Below the pieces are notes generated by a model that saw nothing but the letters and a program-made list of their open reading frames with translations, had not been told where the DNA came from and did not search any database. A DNA stretch of 64,000 nt from Candidatus Latescibacterota bacterium. Its GTDB lineage: Bacteria > Latescibacterota > UBA2968. The stretch is taken from the NCBI GenBank assembly GCA_965204745.1, contig OZ242010.1, forward strand, positions 4,576,001-4,640,000, written 5' to 3'. Positions within the stretch are counted from its first letter, which is position 1. Every line of letters starts with the position of its first letter. Made by a program: the position numbers and the translations under genes. This document shows positions 51,527 through 60,546 of this stretch, in pieces.

Positions 51527-51830
51527 CCGCAACTGCCGATCAACCATCTTCTCTGTATTGGAGGCAAGAAGAGGCAGAACGAGGATATTCAGTATTGCAA
51601 GAGAGAGGTCGCCAAAATCAAAAAAAATAAAATGGGCAAGCAGTACGCGTCGGTTTGCGAAACGAGACGGGACTCACCTAAACGCCCTGGCATTTTCGAT
51701 GCTGGGGCGTTTTCTATTTTGTCGTTTAGCCGCGGTTGCGATTTTTCTGTTGAATCATCGCCCGCGAATTGCTACTTTAGACGCCTGACGAAACATTCTT
51801 TTCGCGGTTGTTCATTCTCGGGAGGTTTTT

Positions 51831-53588
51831 ATGCGGAGGCGCATCGGTCGTTTTTTGGCGTGGATCGGCGGGATCGTAGTCGTGATGGCCGTCTTGACCC
51901 TTGTTTTCGTGGTGTTCGCATTGCAGTCGGACGAAGACCCGGTGCCTGACAAGGTGATTTTGACGATCAATTTGGAGCAACGAGTTGCAGAGCATGTGCC
52001 GGATGATCCGTTTTCAAAATTGTTGTCCGAGGACACGCTCGTGTTGCGCCATGTGGTGGGGGCGTTGGAAGTGGCGGCGTCCGATGACCGGGTCGTGGGA
52101 TTGTTCGCGCAAGGGGGCGGCGTGCGGATGGGCTTTGCACAGGTGCAAGAAATCCGAGACGCGATTTTGGCGTTCAAGCAAAGCGGCAAACCCACAGCGG
52201 TTTTTGCCGAAACATTTGGCGAACTCGGCTCGGGCAACGGCGGGTATTATCTGGCGACGGCATTTGACCGCATCTACTTACAACCCTCGGGCGATGTGGG
52301 ATTGACCGGGGTGGCGATGGAGCATCCCTTTGTCAAGGGCGCGTTGGATTCGCTGGGGATCGGGGTGCAGATGGACCATCGGCACGAGTACAAAAATGCG
52401 ATGAATTTGTTCACGGAAACCGAATTTACAGCCGCGCACCGCGAGGCGAGTGCGGCGATTTTGAAGTCCATGATGAATCAGATGGTCTTGGGCATCTCGC
52501 GCCTGCGGGGCAAGACCCCCGAAGACGTGCGCGAGATCGTCAATCGCGGCCCGTTTTTGGGAACAGCCGCCCGCGCCGAAGGCTTGGTGGATAGCCTCGC
52601 GTATTGGGATGAGGTGCGCGAGTCGGTCAAGGACGAGTGGGGCCAAAAGGCCGAGTTTTTGGACGTGGGAAACTACCGCAAGCGCACGGACGACCCCTAC
52701 GGCGAGGGGACGACTGTGGCTTTGATCCACGGCATCGGCGCCATCCATCGCGGCAAGAGCGACTACGATCCGATGTCTGCCTCCACGACGATGGGGGCGA
52801 GCACGCTCACAAAAGCATTTCGCGCAGCGGTGAAGGACGAGGATGTGCGCGCGATTTTGTTTCGCATAGACTCGCCGGGCGGGTCCTATGTGGCGTCGGA
52901 TGCGATCTGGCGCGAGGTCGTCAAGGCAAAGCAGGCCGAGAAGCCGGTCATTGTCTCGATGGGCAATGTGGCTGGATCCGGGGGCTATTTTGTGGCGATG
53001 AATGCGGATAAAATCGTGGCGCAACCCGGCACGTTGACCGGATCCATTGGCGTGGTGGGCGGCAAGTTCGTCACCACCGAATTTTGGGAACGCCTGGGCA
53101 TTACTTGGGACGAGGTGCAAGAGGGAGACAACGCGCTGATCTGGGGCTCGGGCGCGGAGTTCACGCCCGAGCAATGGGCGAAATTTCAGATGTGGTTGGA
53201 TGCGATTTACGAGGATTTTACGACCAAAGTGGGCAAGGGGCGCAACATGTCACAAGCCGATGTCCTCGAGGTGGCAAAGGGCCGCGTGTGGACCGGGGAA
53301 GACGCAAAGGCGCGGGGACTCGTCGATGAATTGGGCGGGATGAAGGCCGCGCTGCGCTCGGTGCGGGAGGTGCTGAAATTGGAGGCTGACGCGCCGCTTC
53401 ACCTCAAGGTGTTTCCAAAAGAAAAGAGCCTGATCGACACGATTTTGGAGAAGGGGTTGATCCACGCCTTGGGCGCGGGGCAAGCGATGACATTCGCCGA
53501 TGAGTTGCAACCGATTTTCCGAGTTGCGCGCCTGATGGGGCATCGGCGACAGGTTTTGGAGATGGCCCCGGTAGATGTTCAATTTTGA
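51831..53588 (+). CDS. sppA: Signal peptide peptidase SppA (67-kDa type, S49)
   Basis: N-terminal TM; GYYLATAFD, EYKNA, RIDSPGGS, SMGNVAGSGGY, TLTGSIGV, GRVWTG.DA...GLVDELG. Confidence 0.93.
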   Translation: MRRRIGRFLAWIGGIVVVMAVLTLVFVVFALQSDEDPVPDKVILTINLEQRVAEHVPDDPFSKLLSEDTLVLRHVVGALEVAASDDRVVGLFAQGGGVRMGFAQVQEIRDAILAFKQSGKPTAVFAETFGELGSGNGGYYLATAFDRIYLQPSGDVGLTGVAMEHPFVKGALDSLGIGVQMDHRHEYKNAMNLFTETEFTAAHREASAAILKSMMNQMVLGISRLRGKTPEDVREIVNRGPFLGTAARAEGLVDSLAYWDEVRESVKDEWGQKAEFLDVGNYRKRTDDPYGEGTTVALIHGIGAIHRGKSDYDPMSASTTMGASTLTKAFRAAVKDEDVRAILFRIDSPGGSYVASDAIWREVVKAKQAEKPVIVSMGNVAGSGGYFVAMNADKIVAQPGTLTGSIGVVGGKFVTTEFWERLGITWDEVQEGDNALIWGSGAEFTPEQWAKFQMWLDAIYEDFTTKVGKGRNMSQADVLEVAKGRVWTGEDAKARGLVDELGGMKAALRSVREVLKLEADAPLHLKVFPKEKSLIDTILEKGLIHALGAGQAMTFADELQPIFRVARLMGHRRQVLEMAPVDVQF

Positions 53589-53646
53589 CCTCCCCCGCTA
53601 TTCGCTACGCCCGTTCGGGGAGGGCACCATTTTTGAGGAGGACGCG

Positions 53647-54396
53647 ATGATGACCGCAGATTTTGAAGCGTATTTGGCCGATGATTGGTACGGGCATCCG
53701 ATCACGGTTGACGCCTTGCTGGAATGCGAGGCCGAAGCCGGAATCGAGATGGCGGTGGTGATGCCGTCAACCAAACCGGTGCCGGACAATGATGGATTGC
53801 TCGACAAGACCGCGGCGCATCCCCAGCTCTTGCCCTGCCCGCTCATGGATCCGCGGCTCGGCGATGCGGGCATTGCAGCGATGCGGGATTATGTGGAGCG
53901 CGGCGCACGGGGCATCAAGCTGATGGGCGTGATTCACGAATACAATGTGGATGATCCGATGGTCATTCCATTTGTCGAGGCCGCGCGCGACCTGGGGATT
54001 GTGGTGTCGATTCACTCTGGGCGCGATAATTGCAGCGCAGAGCGCGTTGGGCGCGTGGCCGAACAGGTGCCCGATGTGCCGATTATCATGGATCACATGG
54101 GATTTCCCGATGGGTTTGACGTGGCCCTCGCGGTGTGCAAGCAATGCCCGGATGTGTATTTGGGCACGACGATTTTGCGCTTTCACAAGTTGTGGGCGAA
54201 TAACCCAGAAGAAGCCGTGCCCTATGAGGTGAAACGAGCCGTGGATGAATTGGGCGCAGAGCGCGTGGTGTTCGGGTCCAATTTGCCGGAATACCGCCCG
54301 ATTCAAGTCAAGCGCGCGATCCAACGCTTGGCACTAGGCGACGAGGCCGAAGCCCTGATCTTCGGGGCGAATTTGGGACGGATTTATGGGATGTAA
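53647..54396 (+). CDS. Amidohydrolase_2 family protein
   Basis: GARGIKL, VSIHSG, IIMDHMG, ERVVFGSNLP. Confidence 0.8.
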   Translation: MMTADFEAYLADDWYGHPITVDALLECEAEAGIEMAVVMPSTKPVPDNDGLLDKTAAHPQLLPCPLMDPRLGDAGIAAMRDYVERGARGIKLMGVIHEYNVDDPMVIPFVEAARDLGIVVSIHSGRDNCSAERVGRVAEQVPDVPIIMDHMGFPDGFDVALAVCKQCPDVYLGTTILRFHKLWANNPEEAVPYEVKRAVDELGAERVVFGSNLPEYRPIQVKRAIQRLALGDEAEALIFGANLGRIYGM

Positions 54397-54532
54397 GAGG
54401 GAAGAGGCAAGACGCAAGAGGCAAGACGCAAGAGGCAAGAGGCAAGAGGGGTGGCCTTCTCCCGTCTTGCCTCTGCCTCTGCCTTCTCACCTTTTTGGGG
54501 GTGGCCTTCTCACGTCCTGCCTCTCACCTTTT
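54396..54532. repeat. (AAGAGGC)n heptamer array followed by a complementary pyrimidine-rich array
   Basis: aagaggcaagacg...cgtcttgcctct imperfect inverted repeat starting at the stop codon. Confidence 0.8.
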
Positions 54533-54709
54533 TGGGCGATGCCGCGTGCTCGCCTCAAAGCAGTGTTATGCTGAGGCAACCGATAGGCTACCATACCTGC
54601 TGTGCTGAGGAAGCAAGGCTTCGGCTGGAACAACAAAGCGTTCTGGCACTGCCGCGCAATCAAAGAGGCATTGGCTGGTCGAGATGGGGTATAAATTCAA
54701 ACGGAGGGA

Positions 54710-56506
54710 ATGAAGGATATGGATATGTCATGGGGTCTTTTTGTACTTTTTTTTATTGTGATATTTGTGGCAATCTGGTGGTTTTGGAAAATTCGGCATC
54801 AACAAGTCAACGCCGTTGCCTCAATTGTGACCGTTATCGGGGTGCTTGGCACATTTGGGGGTATTGCTATCGGACTTTTTCTATTTGATACAGAGAATAT
54901 TGAAGCGAGTGTACCAGCGTTGCTGGAAGGGCTAAAGGTTGCTTTTGGTTCTTCCATTGTGGGAATCATAGGCTCAATTTGGCTCAAATGGAATGCTCTA
55001 AACAGACAGAGAAAACAAGCCTCGTCAAAGAAGCCTCAAGGCGCGACGATTGATGATCTTGCAGAGACATTGAAGGATATTTATGAGATACAGCAATCAG
55101 AAGGTGAAGAAACGAGAGAAACGCTACGCGCTATTGAGAAATCATTGACGGGCGATGGTGACAGCACTGTTCTGACTCAGTTGCAGAAGTTGAGAACCAC
55201 CTTTTCAGATAAGCAAGAGGCTCTGATTGATGCCTTTAAGGATTTTGCCACGCAAATGGCTGAGAACAATACACAGGCATTGATTAAAGCTCTTGAAGAA
55301 GTCATGAAGGATTTCAATGCGAAAATCAATGAACAGTTTGGGGATAATTTTAAGCAACTAAATGAAGCGGTTGGGCGGATCAACGACTGGCAAGAACAGT
55401 ACCGCCAACAGATGGACGAATTGGCGGCAGAGTTTCGGATTGCGGCAGACAGCATCGAAAAATCGCGTCAATCGCTGGAAATTATTGCTGAACGGAGTGA
55501 CGCCATCGTTTCAAGCGCGGAAAAACTCGATCCCATTCTTCAAACACTACAAGATCAGATCGAAGCGTTTAGCGCGTTGGCTGACAATGCGCGTAACGCA
55601 TTTCCAATCATTGAGGGTCGGTTAAACCAATTGACCGATGACTTTTCACAAGCGGTAACGAAAACCATCGACGATTCACACGCTTTTATGGACAAACAAA
55701 GAGAGGCCCTAGGGGATCAGTCTCAGCAACTTAAGGAAATGGTGGAAAATACAAGCACACGCCTAAAAGAAATGACCGCTGAATTTTCACAAGCGGTGAC
55801 GAAAACCATCGACGATTCGCACGATTCTATGGACAAACAAAGAGAGGCCCTAGGGGATCAGTCTCAGCAACTTAAGGAAATGGTGAAAAACACGAGCAAC
55901 CATATACAACGGCAAACCGAAGACATTTTCCAAAAAACGACCAGCCGGATTGAGGAGGTTATTGAAAGTACTTTTCAGGGGCTAAAAGGCACTTTAGAAG
56001 ATCAGTCTGAACATCTCAAATCCATTGTTATTGAAACGAAACAAGGGTTAGCGGATACCCTGCAAAATCAATCCACACAACTTGAGACAATGGTAAAAAA
56101 TACGAGCACACGCCTGCAAGAAATGACCGATGAATTTTCACAAGCGGTGACGAAAACCATCGACGATTCGCACGATTCTATGGAAGATCAAAGGGAAGCC
56201 TTACAGAATTTCACAGGAGTGATTGGAGACGTTATCCGAAGTACCTCGCAAGAGATCGAAAGCATAGTAGAAGCAACGAACAGGCAACTACGCACAGAAA
56301 CAGAGCGCGTTTTCCGAGAAAGCGCAGGCAATATAACGCGGCAAATTCAGCTTTTGGATAGCGCACTTGAAACACAGCTCACAAAATCAATAGAATCATT
56401 GGGAAGTCAACTGACCAGCCTGTCAAAACAATTTGTTGACGACTATGGACCTTTAACGAATCAACTCCGTAACGTGGTGCGAATAGCAGAGCAATTGAGG
56501 CGGTGA
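54710..56506 (+). CDS. zorA: Zorya ZorA (MotA/ExbB-like N-terminus with long helical tail)
   Basis: Three TM segments, IGVLGTFGGIAIGL..FD...IEASVPALLEGLKVAFGSSIVG; ALEEVMKDFNAKINEQFGDNFKQLNEAV...WQEQY; long coiled tail; followed by MotB-like and HNH genes. Confidence 0.82.
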   Translation: MKDMDMSWGLFVLFFIVIFVAIWWFWKIRHQQVNAVASIVTVIGVLGTFGGIAIGLFLFDTENIEASVPALLEGLKVAFGSSIVGIIGSIWLKWNALNRQRKQASSKKPQGATIDDLAETLKDIYEIQQSEGEETRETLRAIEKSLTGDGDSTVLTQLQKLRTTFSDKQEALIDAFKDFATQMAENNTQALIKALEEVMKDFNAKINEQFGDNFKQLNEAVGRINDWQEQYRQQMDELAAEFRIAADSIEKSRQSLEIIAERSDAIVSSAEKLDPILQTLQDQIEAFSALADNARNAFPIIEGRLNQLTDDFSQAVTKTIDDSHAFMDKQREALGDQSQQLKEMVENTSTRLKEMTAEFSQAVTKTIDDSHDSMDKQREALGDQSQQLKEMVKNTSNHIQRQTEDIFQKTTSRIEEVIESTFQGLKGTLEDQSEHLKSIVIETKQGLADTLQNQSTQLETMVKNTSTRLQEMTDEFSQAVTKTIDDSHDSMEDQREALQNFTGVIGDVIRSTSQEIESIVEATNRQLRTETERVFRESAGNITRQIQLLDSALETQLTKSIESLGSQLTSLSKQFVDDYGPLTNQLRNVVRIAEQLRR

Positions 56507-56599
56507 CGCTACCAGCGGCAATGGGATCGACTCCGTAACGTGGTGCGAATGGCAGAGCGTTCACCGACGGGTCGTTAATCAGAACGCCAATAGGATGGG

Positions 56600-57325
56600 G
56601 TGATGAGCGAAGATATTTTGATGAATAGAGAGCAAGATACGGAAGAACACTGGATATCGATCTCCGATATGATGGCGGGGCTGATGGTGATATTCCTTTT
56701 TATCGCGATCAGCTACATGTTGCATGTTCGGGCAGAAAAAGAAAAGATCGAGAAAATTGCTGTCACGTACGAAAAATTGCAGTCCGACCTATACGCCGAT
56801 CTTGAAAATGAGTTTGCAAAAGACCTCGAGCAATGGAACGCTGTCTTGGATCGCCAAACCCTTTCTGTTCGGTTCAAAGAGCCTGACGTGCTTTTTGAAC
56901 AAGGGAAATCAGAGGTTCGGACCGCATTCAAAAACATATTGAGGGACTTTTTCCCGCGCTATATCCGGATTTTAAGACAGCCCAAATACATCAATGACAT
57001 TGTAGAAATTCGGATTGAAGGGCATACCTCAAGCGAATGGTACGCAGGCGTGAGCCCCGAAAATGCCTATATCCTCAACATGGAACTTTCGCAAGGGCGA
57101 ACCAGAAGCGTTCTCGAATATGTCCTGCAACTTCCATCGCCACAGATCCAACGAAATAGAAAATGGATCAGGGACAATGTGACTGCCAACGGTTTATCGT
57201 CGAGCAAGTTGATCTATACTGGAACAAAAGAAAACAAAGCGGAATCGAGACGGGTGGAATTTCGAGTGCGAACAAATGCAGAAAAACGGATCGTCGAAAT
57301 CATAAAACGAGAGGACAAAGAATGA
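56600..57325 (+). CDS. zorB: Zorya ZorB (MotB/OmpA-like)
   Basis: WISISDMMAGLMVIFLFIAI (conserved Asp), IRIEGHTS, NMELSQGR, SRRVEFR. Confidence 0.88.
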   Translation: MMSEDILMNREQDTEEHWISISDMMAGLMVIFLFIAISYMLHVRAEKEKIEKIAVTYEKLQSDLYADLENEFAKDLEQWNAVLDRQTLSVRFKEPDVLFEQGKSEVRTAFKNILRDFFPRYIRILRQPKYINDIVEIRIEGHTSSEWYAGVSPENAYILNMELSQGRTRSVLEYVLQLPSPQIQRNRKWIRDNVTANGLSSSKLIYTGTKENKAESRRVEFRVRTNAEKRIVEIIKREDKE

Positions 57326-58182
57326 ATCTGCCAGACTTCTCAAACGATGAGGCATTAAATCAACTGCGAGAGAAGATGGGGGCTGACCTAATTCCATGGG
57401 TCCCAGAAATAGGCCAACTTGTAAGCACAGGTATAGAGGTACCACCGGATGAAATAACGACCGCTCCTGATGGAACGCTTGAATACAAAGGGCGAACGGT
57501 TGTCGTCTATATCAGAGACCAACATGTGTCCTCTAATGACCCCGAGTCATTACGCAAATTTCACGTTGCTGACTGTTCAACTCTAAAGGCAATGAGGTCA
57601 GCAGGCAGGTATGAAAGATATGTGGTAGCAACCCGCAACGATGGAAAATTCATTGTCAAATTCCTCGATAGAGGTGGGTATCGAGTTGAGCGCGAGCTAT
57701 ATGTCTGTAAAAATTGCTTGAGCCGTCTAAATTACCAAAATTACCGCTACCATGCGAACTCGGGACGGAATAAAATCAGAAAAAATTTCGACTTGGAAGA
57801 GTTTTTTGAAGAATATGGTACTCAAATAACGAGAGTGCCGACTCATACTGACATTACAGGACCTATAAATGATTATCCTCCTGACTGGAAGCAAATCGCT
57901 GACAAATACAAAGAAGATCAGGGCTGGCAATGTGAAGCCTGCTACTTGGATCTTGACAACAAAAAAAGTTTTCTCCATGTCCACCACAAAAATGGCCTCA
58001 AGTACGACAATGACCCAGAAAACCTTCGTGCCTTGTGCATCGTCTGTCATGCCGACGAACCTCAACATCAGCATCTCAAGTCCTCGTCAGACTATGAGGA
58101 ATGTAAGCGTATGAGAAATGTAGGCGGTTACGGTTACAGCGGTTACAGTGGCTGGAATTTTAGCGATTGGAGGAGAAAGTGA
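57322..58182 (+). CDS. zorE: HNH endonuclease, ZorE-like effector
   Basis: KFHVADCSTL, VCKNCL, WQCEAC...LHVHHKNGLKYDNDPENLRALCIVCHA...H; ATGA overlap with zorB. Confidence 0.75.
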   Translation: MNLPDFSNDEALNQLREKMGADLIPWVPEIGQLVSTGIEVPPDEITTAPDGTLEYKGRTVVVYIRDQHVSSNDPESLRKFHVADCSTLKAMRSAGRYERYVVATRNDGKFIVKFLDRGGYRVERELYVCKNCLSRLNYQNYRYHANSGRNKIRKNFDLEEFFEEYGTQITRVPTHTDITGPINDYPPDWKQIADKYKEDQGWQCEACYLDLDNKKSFLHVHHKNGLKYDNDPENLRALCIVCHADEPQHQHLKSSSDYEECKRMRNVGGYGYSGYSGWNFSDWRRK

Positions 58183-58282
58183 AAGGGTGCCAATTCAAGG
58201 CCAGCGCAGTCAAAGATATTGAACACGGGCACCAGATTCGGACATTAGAGGGTGCTATCATCAATTTGGTGTAAGACGGGAG

Positions 58283-58340
58283 ACGCAAGAGGCAAGAGGT
58301 AAGAGGCGAGAGGCGTAAGAGGTAAGAGGCAAGAGGCAAG
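58283..58340. repeat. (AAGAGGY)n heptamer array used as the IS110 insertion site
   Basis: gcaagaggcaagaggtaagaggcgagaggcgtaagaggtaagaggcaagaggcaag. Confidence 0.8.
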
Positions 58341-58355
58341 ATACTCTCTTAAAGG

Positions 58356-59363
58356 TCAAGGGGATTGCGGGGCGATTCGATAGAATTTCTCGCCCTCAAA
58401 ATCTTGGTCATGCCGCAACATGCCCCAGATTGAATGGAGCAACTTTCGCATCACCGCAACGATAGCCTGCAAAGGTTTCTTGCCGCGGGCAATGAGTTGG
58501 TCATAGAAGGCTTTGACATGGACTTCGTGTCTGATGGCCACCCAGGCAGGCATATAGAGGGCATGGCGGAGGTACTTATTCCCGGTTTTCGAGATGCGTC
58601 TTTGTGGGTTGGCGGTTCCGGATTGTTTGGGTTTGGGATCCAGGCCTGCATGTGCGACCCACTGGGGCGGTTGCATCTCCTCAGGCAAAAGGGTCAACTC
58701 GGCCAAGAGCCGCAAGGCGCTCGTTTGTGCGATGCCAGGCGTCGAGCAGAGGCGTTGGTAGGCGCGCTTGAGGGTCTCATCGTGCAAAACGAGATCGAGG
58801 GCTTGGTCTTCCAAGTATGCAATCCGGCGTTTGAGGTGTCGAATATTCACCTGAATATCGCGTGCGATGCGCCGTGTGCTCAGGATGTGGTAGCTTTGCG
58901 CGTGGTTGCGGCTCTGTTCACTGATGATCACCTGCTTGAGTTGGTCAATGCGTCTGGTGAGGGCTTGCAGTTGAAGCCGTTGCTCACTCGGCGCTTGCCA
59001 AGGCACAAACGGCATGCGCTCGGCATAATCCATGATCAACAACGCATCCTTCGCATCCGTCTTGGCTCGTTGCATGCGGGCTTGACCGTACTTGCTCATC
59101 GCTTTGGGATTGACGACCATGACCTTTGTGTGGCGATGCCGATGCAAGGCCAAGGCCACCCCCAAGCTGTAAAGCCCGGTCGCTTCGAGGCACACAGAGA
59201 CCATGTGCCCGCCCTTGGTGAGCCACTTCAGCAACCGCTTATGGGCTTGGGGATCATTGGCAAAGGTCGCTTGCATGACAGCTTGTCCGGGTCTGGACAG
59301 GGCAACAGACAACGTGCGGGCACTGACATCAATGCCGGCGAAAGCGGGTTGAGATTTCGACAT
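58356..59363 (-). CDS. IS110 family DEDD recombinase/transposase
   Basis: 335 aa, near-identical to 11840-12847. Confidence 0.95.
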   Translation of the reverse strand: MSKSQPAFAGIDVSARTLSVALSRPGQAVMQATFANDPQAHKRLLKWLTKGGHMVSVCLEATGLYSLGVALALHRHRHTKVMVVNPKAMSKYGQARMQRAKTDAKDALLIMDYAERMPFVPWQAPSEQRLQLQALTRRIDQLKQVIISEQSRNHAQSYHILSTRRIARDIQVNIRHLKRRIAYLEDQALDLVLHDETLKRAYQRLCSTPGIAQTSALRLLAELTLLPEEMQPPQWVAHAGLDPKPKQSGTANPQRRISKTGNKYLRHALYMPAWVAIRHEVHVKAFYDQLIARGKKPLQAIVAVMRKLLHSIWGMLRHDQDFEGEKFYRIAPQSP

Positions 59364-59409
59364 GGGGGCCTCCTGTGATGAGGGGTTGTAAGGGGTCTGG
59401 TGTGCGCTC

Positions 59410-59600
59410 GAGTTCGATCCCGACCATTGACGCCAAGTCTACCGGTCTTGTATATGCAGCCTCAAGGGACTTAGATACTCTTCGGCATAGACCCGGCGGT
59501 CGGGGGGCCTATCTTACCTACAAGGTCATCGCCTTCAAGAGGGGCCGGCCTTCCCCGAGCCGGGCATCAAGATGGCTTATCTCGATACGAGGGCGCAACT
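59410..59600 (-). ncRNA. Predicted bridge RNA of IS110 copy 2; ends approximate
   Basis: Guides at 59538-44, 59513-19, 59473-81 and 59447-53 (reverse complement) are identical to copy 1. Confidence 0.78.
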
Positions 59601-59767
59601 CCTAATTAACCCTTACTTCCAAGATACAAGAGGGGATATACAAGAAGAAATACGGAGGGACGCGACGAGAGGCGAGGGCGAATAGCGACTTGCCTCTCGT
59701 CTTTTTTGCTTGCTTTTTTTTGGGGAACTTGTTTAAGTTTTGGGCTTTGGAAAGGGCGGGAAAGCCC

Positions 59768-59921
59768 ATGCCAGTCGCGTTGAGAATTGGGTCGTATTTG
59801 TTTCTCTTTTGGCGTGGAGATGGCAAGGGTCTTACGAAGTGTTGAGATAAAACGTATGGTTGAGGATAACCGAGACCTGCTTTTGCAAAAGTGGTATGAA
59901 CACTTTGGTGGAGAAAATTAA
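59768..59921 (+). pseudogene. DUF4160-like remnant with internal deletion/frameshift
   Basis: N-terminus MPVALRIGSYLFLFW and, in another frame, C-terminus EIKRMVEDNRDLLLQKWYEHFG; the central HxPxHxH segment is missing. Confidence 0.55.
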
Positions 59922-59922
59922 A

Positions 59923-60279
59923 ATGGCTGTGAAAGACCTGAAATACGAGACGGACTACGAACATTTCGTCGTCGGCGTTCGGTTTTCTAAAACCCACTTT
60001 ACTGTTTCCATTCACGATGGGCGGGCCCTCGAAGTGCCGATCAACTGGTTTCCGCGTTTGTATCACGGAACAGAGAAAGAACGCAATGCCTATCGGTTGA
60101 TCGGTCAGGGTGAGGGCATTGCCTGGGATGGCCTCGACGAGCATATTGGACTTGAAACCCTATTGGCAGGGCAAAAAAGCGGTGAAACGCCTCAATCGAT
60201 CAAACGCTGGTTAAAAAATCGAAAAACCACGAGACGCGAGATGGATAGCCACAAGAGGCACAAAAGGCACAAAAGGTAA
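59923..60279 (+). CDS. DUF2442-like protein
   Basis: VSIHDGRALEVPINWFPRLYHGT..ER..Y.LIG.GEGIAWDGLDEHI. Confidence 0.8.
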   Translation: MAVKDLKYETDYEHFVVGVRFSKTHFTVSIHDGRALEVPINWFPRLYHGTEKERNAYRLIGQGEGIAWDGLDEHIGLETLLAGQKSGETPQSIKRWLKNRKTTRREMDSHKRHKRHKR

Positions 60280-60287
60280 GCAATGTG

Positions 60288-60386
60288 TGTAGGGGCGTGG
60301 TCCCCGTGCCCGCCTTTGAACGGGCTGTCGCCAGTTGTATTCTTATAGGTGTTCTGCACGGACAGGCACGGGGGCCTGTCCCTACG
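60288..60386. repeat. GTAG-type REP inverted pair (REPIN-like)
   Basis: gtaggggcgtggtccccgtgccc...gacaggcacgggggcctgtccctac. Confidence 0.6.
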
Positions 60387-60546
60387 GTTGATGGAGACGG
60401 GATGGAGCAACGGACCGCGAACTGCTTGGTGGTCGGGGTGGCCGAGCACCGTGATTGCGCCTTTATGTTTTTCTTACGTCTTCCCTCTTACGTCTCCCCT
60501 CTCACGTCTCCCCTCTCACTTTCACTCACAGGAGGTTAATTCTGCA

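Larger units (their letters stand above)
58339..59630 (-). mobile_element. IS110-family element, copy 2
   Basis: Same ends and identical guide segments as copy 1; scattered substitutions elsewhere. Confidence 0.9.

Noticed and set aside
54560-54695. Possible gene remnant upstream of zorA
   Set aside because: Too short, with no recognisable motif.
54710-57325. Flagellar motAB or TolQR/ExbBD
   Set aside because: The long ZorA-type tail, coupled HNH gene and lack of flagellar or Tol context favour Zorya.
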